From: Candidatus Nomurabacteria bacterium
GTDB taxonomy: Bacteria; Patescibacteriota; Minisyncoccia; Phycocordibacterales; UBA9973
Length of the DNA stretch: 44,287 nucleotides
Direction: 5' to 3'
Assembly (NCBI GenBank): GCA_943350875.1
Contig: CALRAL010000002.1
Coordinates: 134,221 to 178,507 of the forward strand
In this document: positions 29,860 through 38,165 of the stretch, piece after piece
Layout: each line of letters opens with the position of its first letter
Numbering within the stretch: position 1 is the first letter of the stretch
Translations under genes and position numbers: made by a program
The notes under the pieces: generated by a model
What the model saw: the letters and a program-made list of their open reading frames with translations, nothing else
What the model was told of the DNA's origin: nothing
Database searches by the model: none

Positions 29860-31338
29860 ATTAGAAGGTGTATCGTTTTTATTACTTTTGAAATGAGTGT
29901 GTACTTTTTTGCTAGTTAGTATCAAATGTAAGATAAGGAGGACTAATATTGCACCACCGATGAGCGTATTCGGCATGAAGCTTGAGCCCAAGATAGCATT
30001 TGCAGCTAATTGTAGAGTAGAAGGCTCGCTCGAGGTCGGTGCTTTTTCCTCCAGATTTTCTGGGATGACTATATCAGATTTTATCTGAATTGGTAAATCA
30101 AGTATTGTTTCTTTTTCTTTTACCAACCCAACTTTCTTTGTGGTGAATGATAATATTTTCCCTTTGACAGTGATGTGACCATTGTTAGTGACTGCGCGAA
30201 AATAATAAGTGGTGTTTTCTTTTAGGTTTGTCAGATTTTTAGAAAAGATAGAAGCTGTATTGTTTGCTTCCTTGCTTCCACGATCTGACCCTGTGAAAGT
30301 TTTTAAATCATTTATAGTACCATATTCAAACCAGACAGAAGTTGGTTGTCCTCTTCCATTTATAAAACCGTTTAGTACAGCATATTTACTATTTATATTT
30401 GTTGCATTTGAGGTGACGATTAATGGAGTAGGGTACTGTACTCCAGCATTATTCGTATTATTTGGGATAATCCTTCCACCTCCACCAGAATAACCTCCCC
30501 CACCGCCAGAACCGCTCCCTCCTCCAGAGCCACCACCACCTCCACCTCCGCCCCCTCCTCCACCACCGCTTATCACAGCCAGTGTTTGGAATTTCGCTTC
30601 TTTTGTGATACTTCCAGTTTTATTTCTAGCAGTAATTGAGTGGATATAGACAGTTCTTGGTTTTAATTTATCCACGCTAAAAGACACAGTGACAGGAGTA
30701 GTCCCATTACCGATGTTTTTAGTTTCAAAAAGTTCACCTATTATTTTATCGAAAATAACTGCCGTATCTAAACCATTTGGATTCACAGAGACATTTATCG
30801 TCGCATCTGTTGTGTGTACTACATATGTTATAGATACTATATCTGGGACAGGCAAGGGCTTGGTAGTAAATGTTATAGATTTACCATCTTCCCCGTTTAT
30901 ATTTTGAGCTTTTATAATTAGAGTATAAGTCGTATCTGGGGTCAGATTTTTCATTTCATATTTAACTTTCACAGGGTTTACATCAGCTCCTATGTCTTGA
31001 TTTGGGAAGGGCCCCAGATCTAAAGGCATCCTAAAACTCACGTTTGTTTTCTCACCGTTTGGGTTGACGGAAGCTTCCAAAGTTGCTTCGCGCATATCTG
31101 GAGTCACTACAGCAGAGACAATAGTTGGAGCTAGTTTTGGTTTTGTTTCAATATTAGAGTAATAAGTTCCTCCACCTCCACCACTTGTGGCTGGTGCAGG
31201 CGCATGCTCAGCACTTCCGCCCGGTGTTACTACGGGGGTAGGAGCAGCTTCCGCGCTACTACTAGCCATTGCTTGGGCAAAATTATCTGGAACAATAAGA
31301 ATAATAAATAAAGTTGTAACTAATATTATTTTTTTCAT
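29848..31338 (-). CDS. Secreted/surface protein with FN3-like repeats, poly-Gly linker and C-terminal TM
   Basis: Signal peptide; repeated VNPNG...L.P.T.Y modules; WFEYG; C-terminal TM plus basic tail. Confidence 0.8.
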   Translation of the reverse strand: MKKIILVTTLFIILIVPDNFAQAMASSSAEAAPTPVVTPGGSAEHAPAPATSGGGGGTYYSNIETKPKLAPTIVSAVVTPDMREATLEASVNPNGEKTNVSFRMPLDLGPFPNQDIGADVNPVKVKYEMKNLTPDTTYTLIIKAQNINGEDGKSITFTTKPLPVPDIVSITYVVHTTDATINVSVNPNGLDTAVIFDKIIGELFETKNIGNGTTPVTVSFSVDKLKPRTVYIHSITARNKTGSITKEAKFQTLAVISGGGGGGGGGGGGGSGGGSGSGGGGGYSGGGGRIIPNNTNNAGVQYPTPLIVTSNATNINSKYAVLNGFINGRGQPTSVWFEYGTINDLKTFTGSDRGSKEANNTASIFSKNLTNLKENTTYYFRAVTNNGHITVKGKILSFTTKKVGLVKEKETILDLPIQIKSDIVIPENLEEKAPTSSEPSTLQLAANAILGSSFMPNTLIGGAILVLLILHLILTSKKVHTHFKSNKNDTPSNLEF

Positions 31339-32033
31339 ATATTTTTTAATTTTCTGAATGTTAATACGATAAATAAAATTATTAAGATTAATATAGACCA
31401 GCCTATAAGGGTATTGGGCAGAAAGTCATTACCAAAAATAGCGTTTGCGCCTAGCTGTGTTCCATCTATTATTTTAGCTTGGTTTACTTTTTTATCTTCA
31501 GTTGGAGAGGTGCTAGAGCTTTCTTTTTTAATCGTTTTTGGAATCGTTGTATTTGGAGTTATTTTATCATTTAACTTTGGTAGTTCTCCATCAATATGTA
31601 CGATCATTACGTCATCAGTATTATTTAGAGTCGGATTTGTAGGTATAAATGCTTGCGCTAATGTTGTGGCAGATATGACATTACTCCTGACAGTATTTTC
31701 TCCGTTGTCTGAGACTGCTCGAAAATAATAAGTAGTGTTTGGATTTAAATTACTGACAGTTTGGAAAACATAGGATGCGTAATTTGCTCCATTTACTAAT
31801 GTATGTGGAGTTTCGTTGTAATTTATAAAATAATTAGAATTACTGTATTCAAACCAAGCTGTTGCACTTCTACCGTTTGGGTTTATTGAAGCATTTAAGC
31901 TTATTCCACTTACAATAGGGGTGGCAGACACGGAAATAATGCTCGGGAATGATGCCTGCGCTATATTACCACCCACAAAGAAGGTGCATAAAAAAGCCAT
32001 GGTTAATATTGAATTTTTTACCTTTTTAGTCAT
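31335..32033 (-). CDS. Surface protein with one FN3-like domain and C-terminal TM
   Basis: Signal peptide; INPNG..WFEY..NLNPNTTYYFRAV; C-terminus paralogous to the adjacent gene. Confidence 0.8.
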   Translation of the reverse strand: MTKKVKNSILTMAFLCTFFVGGNIAQASFPSIISVSATPIVSGISLNASINPNGRSATAWFEYSNSNYFINYNETPHTLVNGANYASYVFQTVSNLNPNTTYYFRAVSDNGENTVRSNVISATTLAQAFIPTNPTLNNTDDVMIVHIDGELPKLNDKITPNTTIPKTIKKESSSTSPTEDKKVNQAKIIDGTQLGANAIFGNDFLPNTLIGWSILILIILFIVLTFRKLKNI

Positions 32034-32070
32034 ATATTACAAGTATAGCATAATAGAGTCTAAAAGTCAA

Positions 32071-32122
32071 CCCCGTCGCTCGCGAGCCCCGTCATTCGCG
32101 AATGACAGGGCGAGCGACGGGG
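32071..32122. repeat. Nested GC-rich palindrome (CCGTCG family) between divergent promoters
   Basis: CCCCGTCGCTCGC...GTCATTCGCGAATGAC...GCGAGCGACGGGG. Confidence 0.75.
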
Positions 32123-32163
32123 CTAAGTTTGCTATTTTGAGCCCTTTGTTATATAATGTATGG

Positions 32164-32464
32164 GTTCTTTATCGGATAGTTGCTCTCTGGCTTCGACTAG
32201 AGGGAGGAAAGTCCGAACACAGACTCCGACTTTGGTCGGAGAAGAGTAGCAGGTAACGCCTGCCGACAGTGATGTCGAGTTGCGAACAGTGACGAACCGA
32301 TTTAGTTCGGGTGAAACGGCTAAATACTTACTTCTGTGCAAGATCGTGCTCCGACGTATATCGGAGAGAATCGCTTGATCCGTCTGGTAACAGACGAGAC
32401 AGATAAATAACTATCGTCTTTTGCGAAAGCAAAAAATACAGAATTCGGCTTATAGATAGAGAAC
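32164..32464 (+). ncRNA. rnpB: RNase P RNA
   Basis: GAGGAAAGTCCG near the 5' end and ACAGAATTCGGCTTAT near the 3' end (P4); terminal pairing GTTCTTTATC/GATAGAGAAC; promoter TTGCTA-17-TATAAT at 32129-32157. Confidence 0.93.
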
Positions 32465-32472
32465 AAAAATAT

Positions 32473-32503
32473 GAAAAATCCTCCCCCAAAGGGAGGATTT
32501 TTC
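32473..32503 (+). terminator. Intrinsic terminator after rnpB
   Basis: GAAAAATCCTCCC-CCAAA-GGGAGGATTTTTC. Confidence 0.8.
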
Positions 32504-32608
32504 TGTCCATATTCATTTTCGCTTGCTTTTTTATTTGTTATATGCTATACTTCCTTTGTGAGTGTGTAAGGTAAGACTTATACATCAATCGTAAACAACA
32601 TAGGTGCC

Positions 32609-32639
32609 ACAAAAACCTGCCGATGAGGCAGGTTTTTGT
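32609..32639 (+). terminator. Intrinsic terminator
   Basis: ACAAAAACCTGCC-GATGA-GGCAGGTTTTTGT. Confidence 0.75.
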
Positions 32640-32691
32640 TTGACAAGAATTTTGTGATATAATTTTCTCAATGCTCTAAAGGCTGTCTTTT

Positions 32692-34662
32692 ATGATTTCA
32701 CAAAATCGAAAGTTATTTTTTTATAGTGTTTTTTTGTTGTTATTTTTAATACCAGGAAAATTTATTTTCTCTGTGGGTTTACCTTTACCTTTAGGATATG
32801 GAACTATCGATGGGACAAATGGTCAGGCTCTTACCCAAGATAATATAGAAGCTGACTTTTCTTGCGCTCAATGTGATGTCAAAGTTTATAATGATAAATT
32901 AACTGGTAGATTCTATCTTCCAGTAAACGGTGGTGGTTTTGTTGAACTTCATTCTTCAGATGATTCTTGGGGAGTTTTAAATGATGGTGAGGGTGTCTTA
33001 GATGGTATTGCTTACAGTACCACTTTGGGCCCAATTCTTTTTAGTTCTGATGTAAATCCGAATATAGCTGTTACCATTAATCCTACCAACGGAGAATTTA
33101 GTGGATATGCTTACAATGCTATTGTAGGTCCGATAAGGTTTGAATGTCCAGGTATGGCTTGCGTAAAGACTACTTGGCGCAAGATTGTCTTGCCTGTCCC
33201 AGTGAATGGTGCATGTGGTACAGCTGAGAAAACTTATCCAGCTTCTAGTACTAGCTATGGTACAGATACTTTTTGTACGTCTGGTGACAATCCTATACCA
33301 AATCCAACTTTTCCGACTTCTGATAATCCTTCAGCTTGGACTTGTGGAGGGCAGAATGGAGGTATTGCTGATTATTGTACAGCTCGATTGGAAGCTGTCA
33401 TTCATGAAAAAAATGAATGTGTAGCTTCATCCACTGAGTCTTGTAATAGTTCTCCAAATATTTGCGGTAAAATAAATTCTGGTAATAAAACTTGTAGCTC
33501 TTTAGGGCATTGGGGAGCTTGTACTGCAGTCACGCCTAGTGATGATCTGTGTACACTAGAACAAGTCGCTGTAGAACAAGAAAGATTGGCAGATTTACCT
33601 ATCCCACCAGAAAGTACTATTTCAGACTCAATCAAAACAGTTTTGCCAGATGAAGTCGCTTCCCAAATCATAGATGTTGTGAACCACCCTACCACTAACA
33701 CTGTTTCTACTTCTGTATCAGTGGTAGGTCTAGCTATCGGTTCCTCATCTTCTGCTACAGCTGTATTGTCTGTCGCTCCGACTGTGTCGAATTTCTTTGT
33801 CTTACCTATGCAACTTTGGAATTTACTCTTGAGCTTTTTAGGTATTAGAAAAAAGGGTAAGAAATGGGGAACTGTTTATGATTCCGTGACGATGCAACCC
33901 CTCGATCCTGTATATGTTGTTTTGAAAGATTTGCAAGGTAAAGAAATAGCGACTTCTATAACTGATCTAGATGGTCGTTATGGTTTTTCCGTCAAACCAG
34001 GAACTTATAAGATATCTGTAAATAAAGCGGATTATACTTTCCCTTCACAAAAGCTGGCTGGTCAGACCGAAGATGCTATTTACCATGATTTGTATTTCGG
34101 GGAGGATATAGTTGTGGGAGAAGAAGGAGGAGTGATAACAAAAAATATCCCAATGGACAGACTTAATTTTAACTGGAATGAATGGAAGAAGAATGAGCAA
34201 GGCCTTATGAAATTCTATAAATCTCGCGATAAATGGATTGCTAGGATTTCAAACTTCTTATTTATCTTTGGTTTCATGTTTACTCTTGGAAGCTTTGCAT
34301 TTAAACAAGTATTATTTAATTACATTATTCTAATTTTTTATATTTTTATTTCACTTGTCAGAAATATTAGTATTTTGAAAGTTAAAAAATCTGGTTCAGT
34401 TGTAGGGCTTGATGGCAACCCACTTTCTTTTGCTATTTTGAGATTTTATTCAGTAGCTATGCCGAACAATGAATTTGCCCATAGTATTAGTGATAAATTT
34501 GGACGTTTTTATAGACTTTTGCCAAATGGTGAATATATTGTGAAAATAGAGGAGAAAACAGGTGAAAACACTTACAGTATAGTCTTTACTTCAGGACCTA
34601 TCAAAGTGACGGAGGGTCTAATAAAGGATGACTTTAAGATTAATTTAGGGAAAAGTGGATAA
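32692..34662 (+). CDS. Multidomain surface/membrane protein with Cys-rich repeats and carboxypeptidase-regulatory-like domains
   Basis: Signal peptide, G(I/Y)AY..GPI.F repeats, VNGACG Cys-rich module, WGTVYDS...TDLDGRYGF...PGTY, TM pair. Confidence 0.75.
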   Translation: MISQNRKLFFYSVFLLLFLIPGKFIFSVGLPLPLGYGTIDGTNGQALTQDNIEADFSCAQCDVKVYNDKLTGRFYLPVNGGGFVELHSSDDSWGVLNDGEGVLDGIAYSTTLGPILFSSDVNPNIAVTINPTNGEFSGYAYNAIVGPIRFECPGMACVKTTWRKIVLPVPVNGACGTAEKTYPASSTSYGTDTFCTSGDNPIPNPTFPTSDNPSAWTCGGQNGGIADYCTARLEAVIHEKNECVASSTESCNSSPNICGKINSGNKTCSSLGHWGACTAVTPSDDLCTLEQVAVEQERLADLPIPPESTISDSIKTVLPDEVASQIIDVVNHPTTNTVSTSVSVVGLAIGSSSSATAVLSVAPTVSNFFVLPMQLWNLLLSFLGIRKKGKKWGTVYDSVTMQPLDPVYVVLKDLQGKEIATSITDLDGRYGFSVKPGTYKISVNKADYTFPSQKLAGQTEDAIYHDLYFGEDIVVGEEGGVITKNIPMDRLNFNWNEWKKNEQGLMKFYKSRDKWIARISNFLFIFGFMFTLGSFAFKQVLFNYIILIFYIFISLVRNISILKVKKSGSVVGLDGNPLSFAILRFYSVAMPNNEFAHSISDKFGRFYRLLPNGEYIVKIEEKTGENTYSIVFTSGPIKVTEGLIKDDFKINLGKSG

Positions 34663-34724
34663 CTTCGTATTGTTTATGTTATAATAAATAGAAGGTAATT
34701 AATTATTAGTTAACAATTAAATTT

Positions 34725-35771
34725 ATGTATCAACACATGTTCAACAAACATACAGTCATGTCATTTCTAGCATTATTAATAGCTCTGGGTTCTATTTTAT
34801 ATACTTCTACTGTCATAAGTGCAAGCAAGGCTGCTACTCCGAACTGTACTTATCCGGTCGGCACTTTACCTAGTGCTATAGACTCTAGATGTAATTGGAG
34901 TGATGTTAAAATAGGAACTAGTTCTACTGGCTTGGTACTTGGTTCTCCTGTTGGTACTTCGACTGGCTTTCAGGATAGGATTTTTGATGTCAATACTCGT
35001 GGTGTAAAATCTGATATAACCGGTTCTGTTATACACCTTGGGAAAGATGCTAGTGCTATTGTTAATGCCAATTTTAAATTTAATTCATCAAAAAATATAC
35101 TTTCTGTTTTAGGTAATATTTCTTCTGATTCTGCTCTTGCGACTTCAATAACTAGTGACAATACAACTATTGTTGCTGGATCGGCTAGCTTTTTGCTCGG
35201 AGGTATTAGTGATGTGAATCCAACTGGTTGGAAAATATCAACTGGAGGGAGTTCTGATGGTTTAGGTAATTTATCAATTCAAAAATTACAAGATGGGAGT
35301 AGCACTTTTGTTTTCTCAAAGAATGGTAATCTACTTTTAGACAGTTTAAGTGCAAACTTGGTGACATCTCCAAAGTTCTGTTTTGGCCCAGGGGATTGTT
35401 TTTCTAAATTACCTACTGCTGACTCTAGTGCCCCAACCGGCGATATTAATGTTTCAACTGTGACTGTTGAGAGATTGTGTTTTAAAAATAGTGGAGATTG
35501 TATCTCATCTGTACCTACTTCTAGCTCTGGTGGCTCTGGCTCAGATTATATAACTAAGATTAACAGTTATTTTAGAAGTATTGATGGCATAAAAGAATAT
35601 ATTGCATCTTTAGAAAAAGATGGGAATTATCCTTCAAATGTGGATACTATCAAGTCTTATATAAAAGGTTTGCCAGATACTACAACTTACAAGGATTTTG
35701 TCGGTAGTATAGATAATTTTGAAAATAATTACAATACTGTCCGAGATGCTCTTTGGTCTATTTATCCTTAA
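34725..35771 (+). CDS. Secreted Ser/Gly-rich hypothetical protein
   Basis: Signal peptide; two CF..GDC.S repeats. Confidence 0.7.
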   Translation: MYQHMFNKHTVMSFLALLIALGSILYTSTVISASKAATPNCTYPVGTLPSAIDSRCNWSDVKIGTSSTGLVLGSPVGTSTGFQDRIFDVNTRGVKSDITGSVIHLGKDASAIVNANFKFNSSKNILSVLGNISSDSALATSITSDNTTIVAGSASFLLGGISDVNPTGWKISTGGSSDGLGNLSIQKLQDGSSTFVFSKNGNLLLDSLSANLVTSPKFCFGPGDCFSKLPTADSSAPTGDINVSTVTVERLCFKNSGDCISSVPTSSSGGSGSDYITKINSYFRSIDGIKEYIASLEKDGNYPSNVDTIKSYIKGLPDTTTYKDFVGSIDNFENNYNTVRDALWSIYP

Positions 35772-35825
35772 TGATACAAATCATATTGCATTTTTACTAA
35801 AATGAGATAGAATGGTTCTATCTCT

Positions 35826-35898
35826 GGGCCGTTAGCTCATCTGGTAGAGCACCTCATTTGCAATGAGGGGGTGGCAGGTTCGAGTCCTGTACGGTCCA
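35826..35898 (+). tRNA. tRNA-Ala(TGC)
   Basis: GGGCCGTTAGCTCATCTGGTAGAGCA CCTCA-TTTGCAA-TGAGG GGGTGGCAGGTTCGAGTCCTGTACGGTCCA; G3:U70 identity pair. Confidence 0.97.
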
Positions 35899-37398
35899 CC
35901 CGATTGAATTTCCCCGCGAAAATGCGTCCGCGCTCCGCGCGGTGATGGGAAGTTCGGCAAGAAAAGAAAAGGGCGTTTTGAAATCCACGGAGAGTGCGCC
36001 TGCGCGCAAATGGCGGTTCGAGCCGATGGTTTTCAAAAAAGTTTTCATTTCCTCAAACTTTTTTGAAGAAGCGAGATTTTGTGCTTGGTTGGCTTGCAAA
36101 ATCCAGTTTCGCACGAGTTCGAGCCAATGATTTCCTTTTCGCTCAAAATCAGATAATTTTTCCTCCAGCGTTTTCTTTTCAGACATCAAAGCGTTCTTTT
36201 TCTGTTGAAACTCCGACAACTCAAAACCGCCGTCCAAGTATCCGTCCATGAGGCGGTCAATCTTTGCTTTGATGTCAGAAATAGAAAAACGCAGATTTTG
36301 AGCGAAAACTCCCGATGATTGGCTGTTTTCACTTTCCCACTCGGCGAGCTTGCCGAGATATTTGTCCCGCCATTCATCGGGTAAAGAAACCTTTTGACAA
36401 AGTTCTTGCACTTGTCGTTCAAATTCTTCTTCCCGCAAAAATTTATTTTCAGAACATTTAGTAATTTTGCTCTTGTGGGTGCAACGATAATAGATAAACT
36501 GCAAACCGCTTTTCTTGATATGTCGCTCGGCGGTTATCGCATAGCCACATTCCCCACAAGTAGCAAAATTGAGAAACTGAAAATTCTTTTTCTTTTGATT
36601 TTTGCGGGGTTTTCCATTTGCGACAAGTGCTTCCTGTATCTTGTCAAAAGTTTTCTTTGAAATCATTGGCTTGTGCGAACCCTGATGCACTTCGCCTCGG
36701 TAAGAAAAATATCCATAGTAAAAAGGATTTTTCAAAATATGTTCTACCGAGGCGAGTGCGAAAGGTTTGCCAGATCGTGCGCCAACCAAGCCAAGAGAAA
36801 ACATTTTGCGTTGAATCGCCGTGAGTGTATATTCGCCAGTGCTAAAAAGCTCCAATATCTCTTTTACTTTACGAAATGTCTTTTTGTTAGGTTCAATCGT
36901 ACGAAGTCTCGGTTCGTTAAAATAACCGATTGGAGCTTTTGCCGATAATTCACCACGGCGTATCTTTTGCCGTATTCCACGCAAAATGTTTTCTCTTAAA
37001 TTGTCGGTGTAATATTTTGCTTGTCCGAAAGCGACACTCAACATGAATTTTCCTTGTGGTGTCGCTTCGAACCAAAATGTCGGGAATTTTAGCGCAACAA
37101 TTTTTAGTGTATCCACAAAATATATGACCTTGCCACCGTCAATGCTATTTCTCGCCAAACGATCTGGATTCCACGCTAAAATTCCCGAGGCAGAACCTTT
37201 TTCAATTTCGCCAAGCATTTCGTTAAATATCTCACGACCAGGCTCTTTTGCCGTCTTACTTTCGTAATACTCACGAACGATAAATAATCCCTGTTGCTTG
37301 GCGTATTCCCGAAGCTCCGTCAATTGAGCCTCAATACTCAAAACTTGGCGTTCTTCATCTTCACTTGATTTTCTACAATAAATAAAATATTTGATCAT
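35854..37398 (-). CDS. Large serine recombinase (integrase)
   Basis: YCRKSSE catalytic Ser, DRLARN, recombinase domain (APIGY, ILKNPFYYG, HKPMIS), zinc ribbon CGECG...YYRC, coiled coil; the last codons are antisense to the tRNA. Confidence 0.95.
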   Translation of the reverse strand: MIKYFIYCRKSSEDEERQVLSIEAQLTELREYAKQQGLFIVREYYESKTAKEPGREIFNEMLGEIEKGSASGILAWNPDRLARNSIDGGKVIYFVDTLKIVALKFPTFWFEATPQGKFMLSVAFGQAKYYTDNLRENILRGIRQKIRRGELSAKAPIGYFNEPRLRTIEPNKKTFRKVKEILELFSTGEYTLTAIQRKMFSLGLVGARSGKPFALASVEHILKNPFYYGYFSYRGEVHQGSHKPMISKKTFDKIQEALVANGKPRKNQKKKNFQFLNFATCGECGYAITAERHIKKSGLQFIYYRCTHKSKITKCSENKFLREEEFERQVQELCQKVSLPDEWRDKYLGKLAEWESENSQSSGVFAQNLRFSISDIKAKIDRLMDGYLDGGFELSEFQQKKNALMSEKKTLEEKLSDFERKGNHWLELVRNWILQANQAQNLASSKKFEEMKTFLKTIGSNRHLRAGALSVDFKTPFSFLAELPITARSADAFSRGNSIGWTVQDSNLPPPHCK

Positions 37399-37449
37399 AG
37401 CTTCGGGAATTAAATTGATAAAAGGTTTTGCATTACACCGACAATTTCT

Positions 37450-37683
37450 AAATCTCGCTTCCCATCGGCTCCTGCGGTATTCCGCAGAATGAGCTTTAGC
37501 TCATAGAACCGCCATTTGCGCGCAAGCACGCTCTCTGTGGATTTCAAAACGCCCTTTTCTTTTCTTGCCGAACTTCCCATCACCGCGCGGAGCGCGGACG
37601 CATTTTCGCGGGGAAATTCAATCGGGTGGTGTGTCATTAACAAAGTCCGAACCTATTACGAACAAAATCCTGATGCCGACTAA
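37450..37683 (+). pseudogene. Inverted, decayed 3' fragment of the integrase including an uncut attP
   Basis: 37506-37629 is the reverse complement of 35896-36019 with about 4 substitutions. It continues ...GNSIGW-CVINKVRTYYEQNPDAD*. Upstream there is a deletion and a 34-bp insertion relative to the integrase. Confidence 0.8.
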
Positions 37684-37737
37684 TCGCACGCTCCGCGTGC
37701 GTGGTGGCTCGGAACTACCTCGTACGCTCTAAACAAT

Positions 37738-37887
37738 GGACTCGGTTTTGCGGAAGCAATTTTCTGGGGATATGGTTTCCGCAAAACCTCGGCTACTTTC
37801 GGATTTCGCAAGCGGAGGAGGAGGGGTCTGGGGAGGAATCCTCCGCTTGCTCCATCCGTTTTCTTTTGGCGAAATTCGGGGCGGACA
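37738..37887 (+). repeat. 150-bp structured inverted repeat, left copy
   Basis: Reverse complement of 43970-44119; internal hairpins GGTTTTGCGGAA/TTCCGCAAAACC and GCAAGCGGAGGA/TCCTCCGCTTGC. Confidence 0.9.
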
Positions 37888-37894
37888 TCACCCT

Positions 37895-37945
37895 ATTACA
37901 TTATACTATAATATTGGTGTATAATGTAATTGTTAATGCTATAAT
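37895..37945 (+). promoter_or_regulatory. Candidate operator plus -10 box for the cargo operon
   Basis: ATTACATTATAC-N12-GTATAATGTAAT perfect inverted repeat; TGcTATAAT 7 nt before ATG 37953. Confidence 0.6.
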
Positions 37946-37952
37946 GTGGATT

Positions 37953-38159
37953 ATGAAAAGTGAATCTGCGAAATTAGGCAAGAATTTAAAGCGTATCCGA
38001 ACAGAGAAAGGCATTACACAGGGCGATATTGTTCGAAATCTCGGCGTTAGCCGAAGTTTTATAAGCAATATTGAGAATGGGAAGACAAACCCAACACTTT
38101 CAACCATTACTAGTATTGCCAAAGCGCTTGGTGTTTCGAGCGATGAATTGCTAAAATAG
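37953..38159 (+). CDS. XRE-family HTH regulator (controller-protein-like)
   Basis: LGKNLKRIRTEKGITQ...SRSFISNIENGKTNPTLSTI...ALGV. Start MKSESAK; the ORF-track extension lies in the repeat. Confidence 0.9.
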   Translation: MKSESAKLGKNLKRIRTEKGITQGDIVRNLGVSRSFISNIENGKTNPTLSTITSIAKALGVSSDELLK

Positions 38160-38165
38160 AGACAT

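Noticed and set aside
30477-30570. GC-rich CCx repeat tract
   Set aside because: Encodes a Gly/Ser linker with mixed codons; ordinary low complexity.
31921-32516. ORFs overlapping rnpB
   Set aside because: Explained by the RNase P RNA and the adjacent palindrome.
37701-37952. N-terminal extension of the 152-aa ORF, and ORFs 37410-37643, 37736-37924, 43902-44174, 43945-44256 and 43952-44269
   Set aside because: They translate the GC-rich inverted repeats; their mutual similarity reflects DNA repeats. The HTH gene has its own start at 37953.
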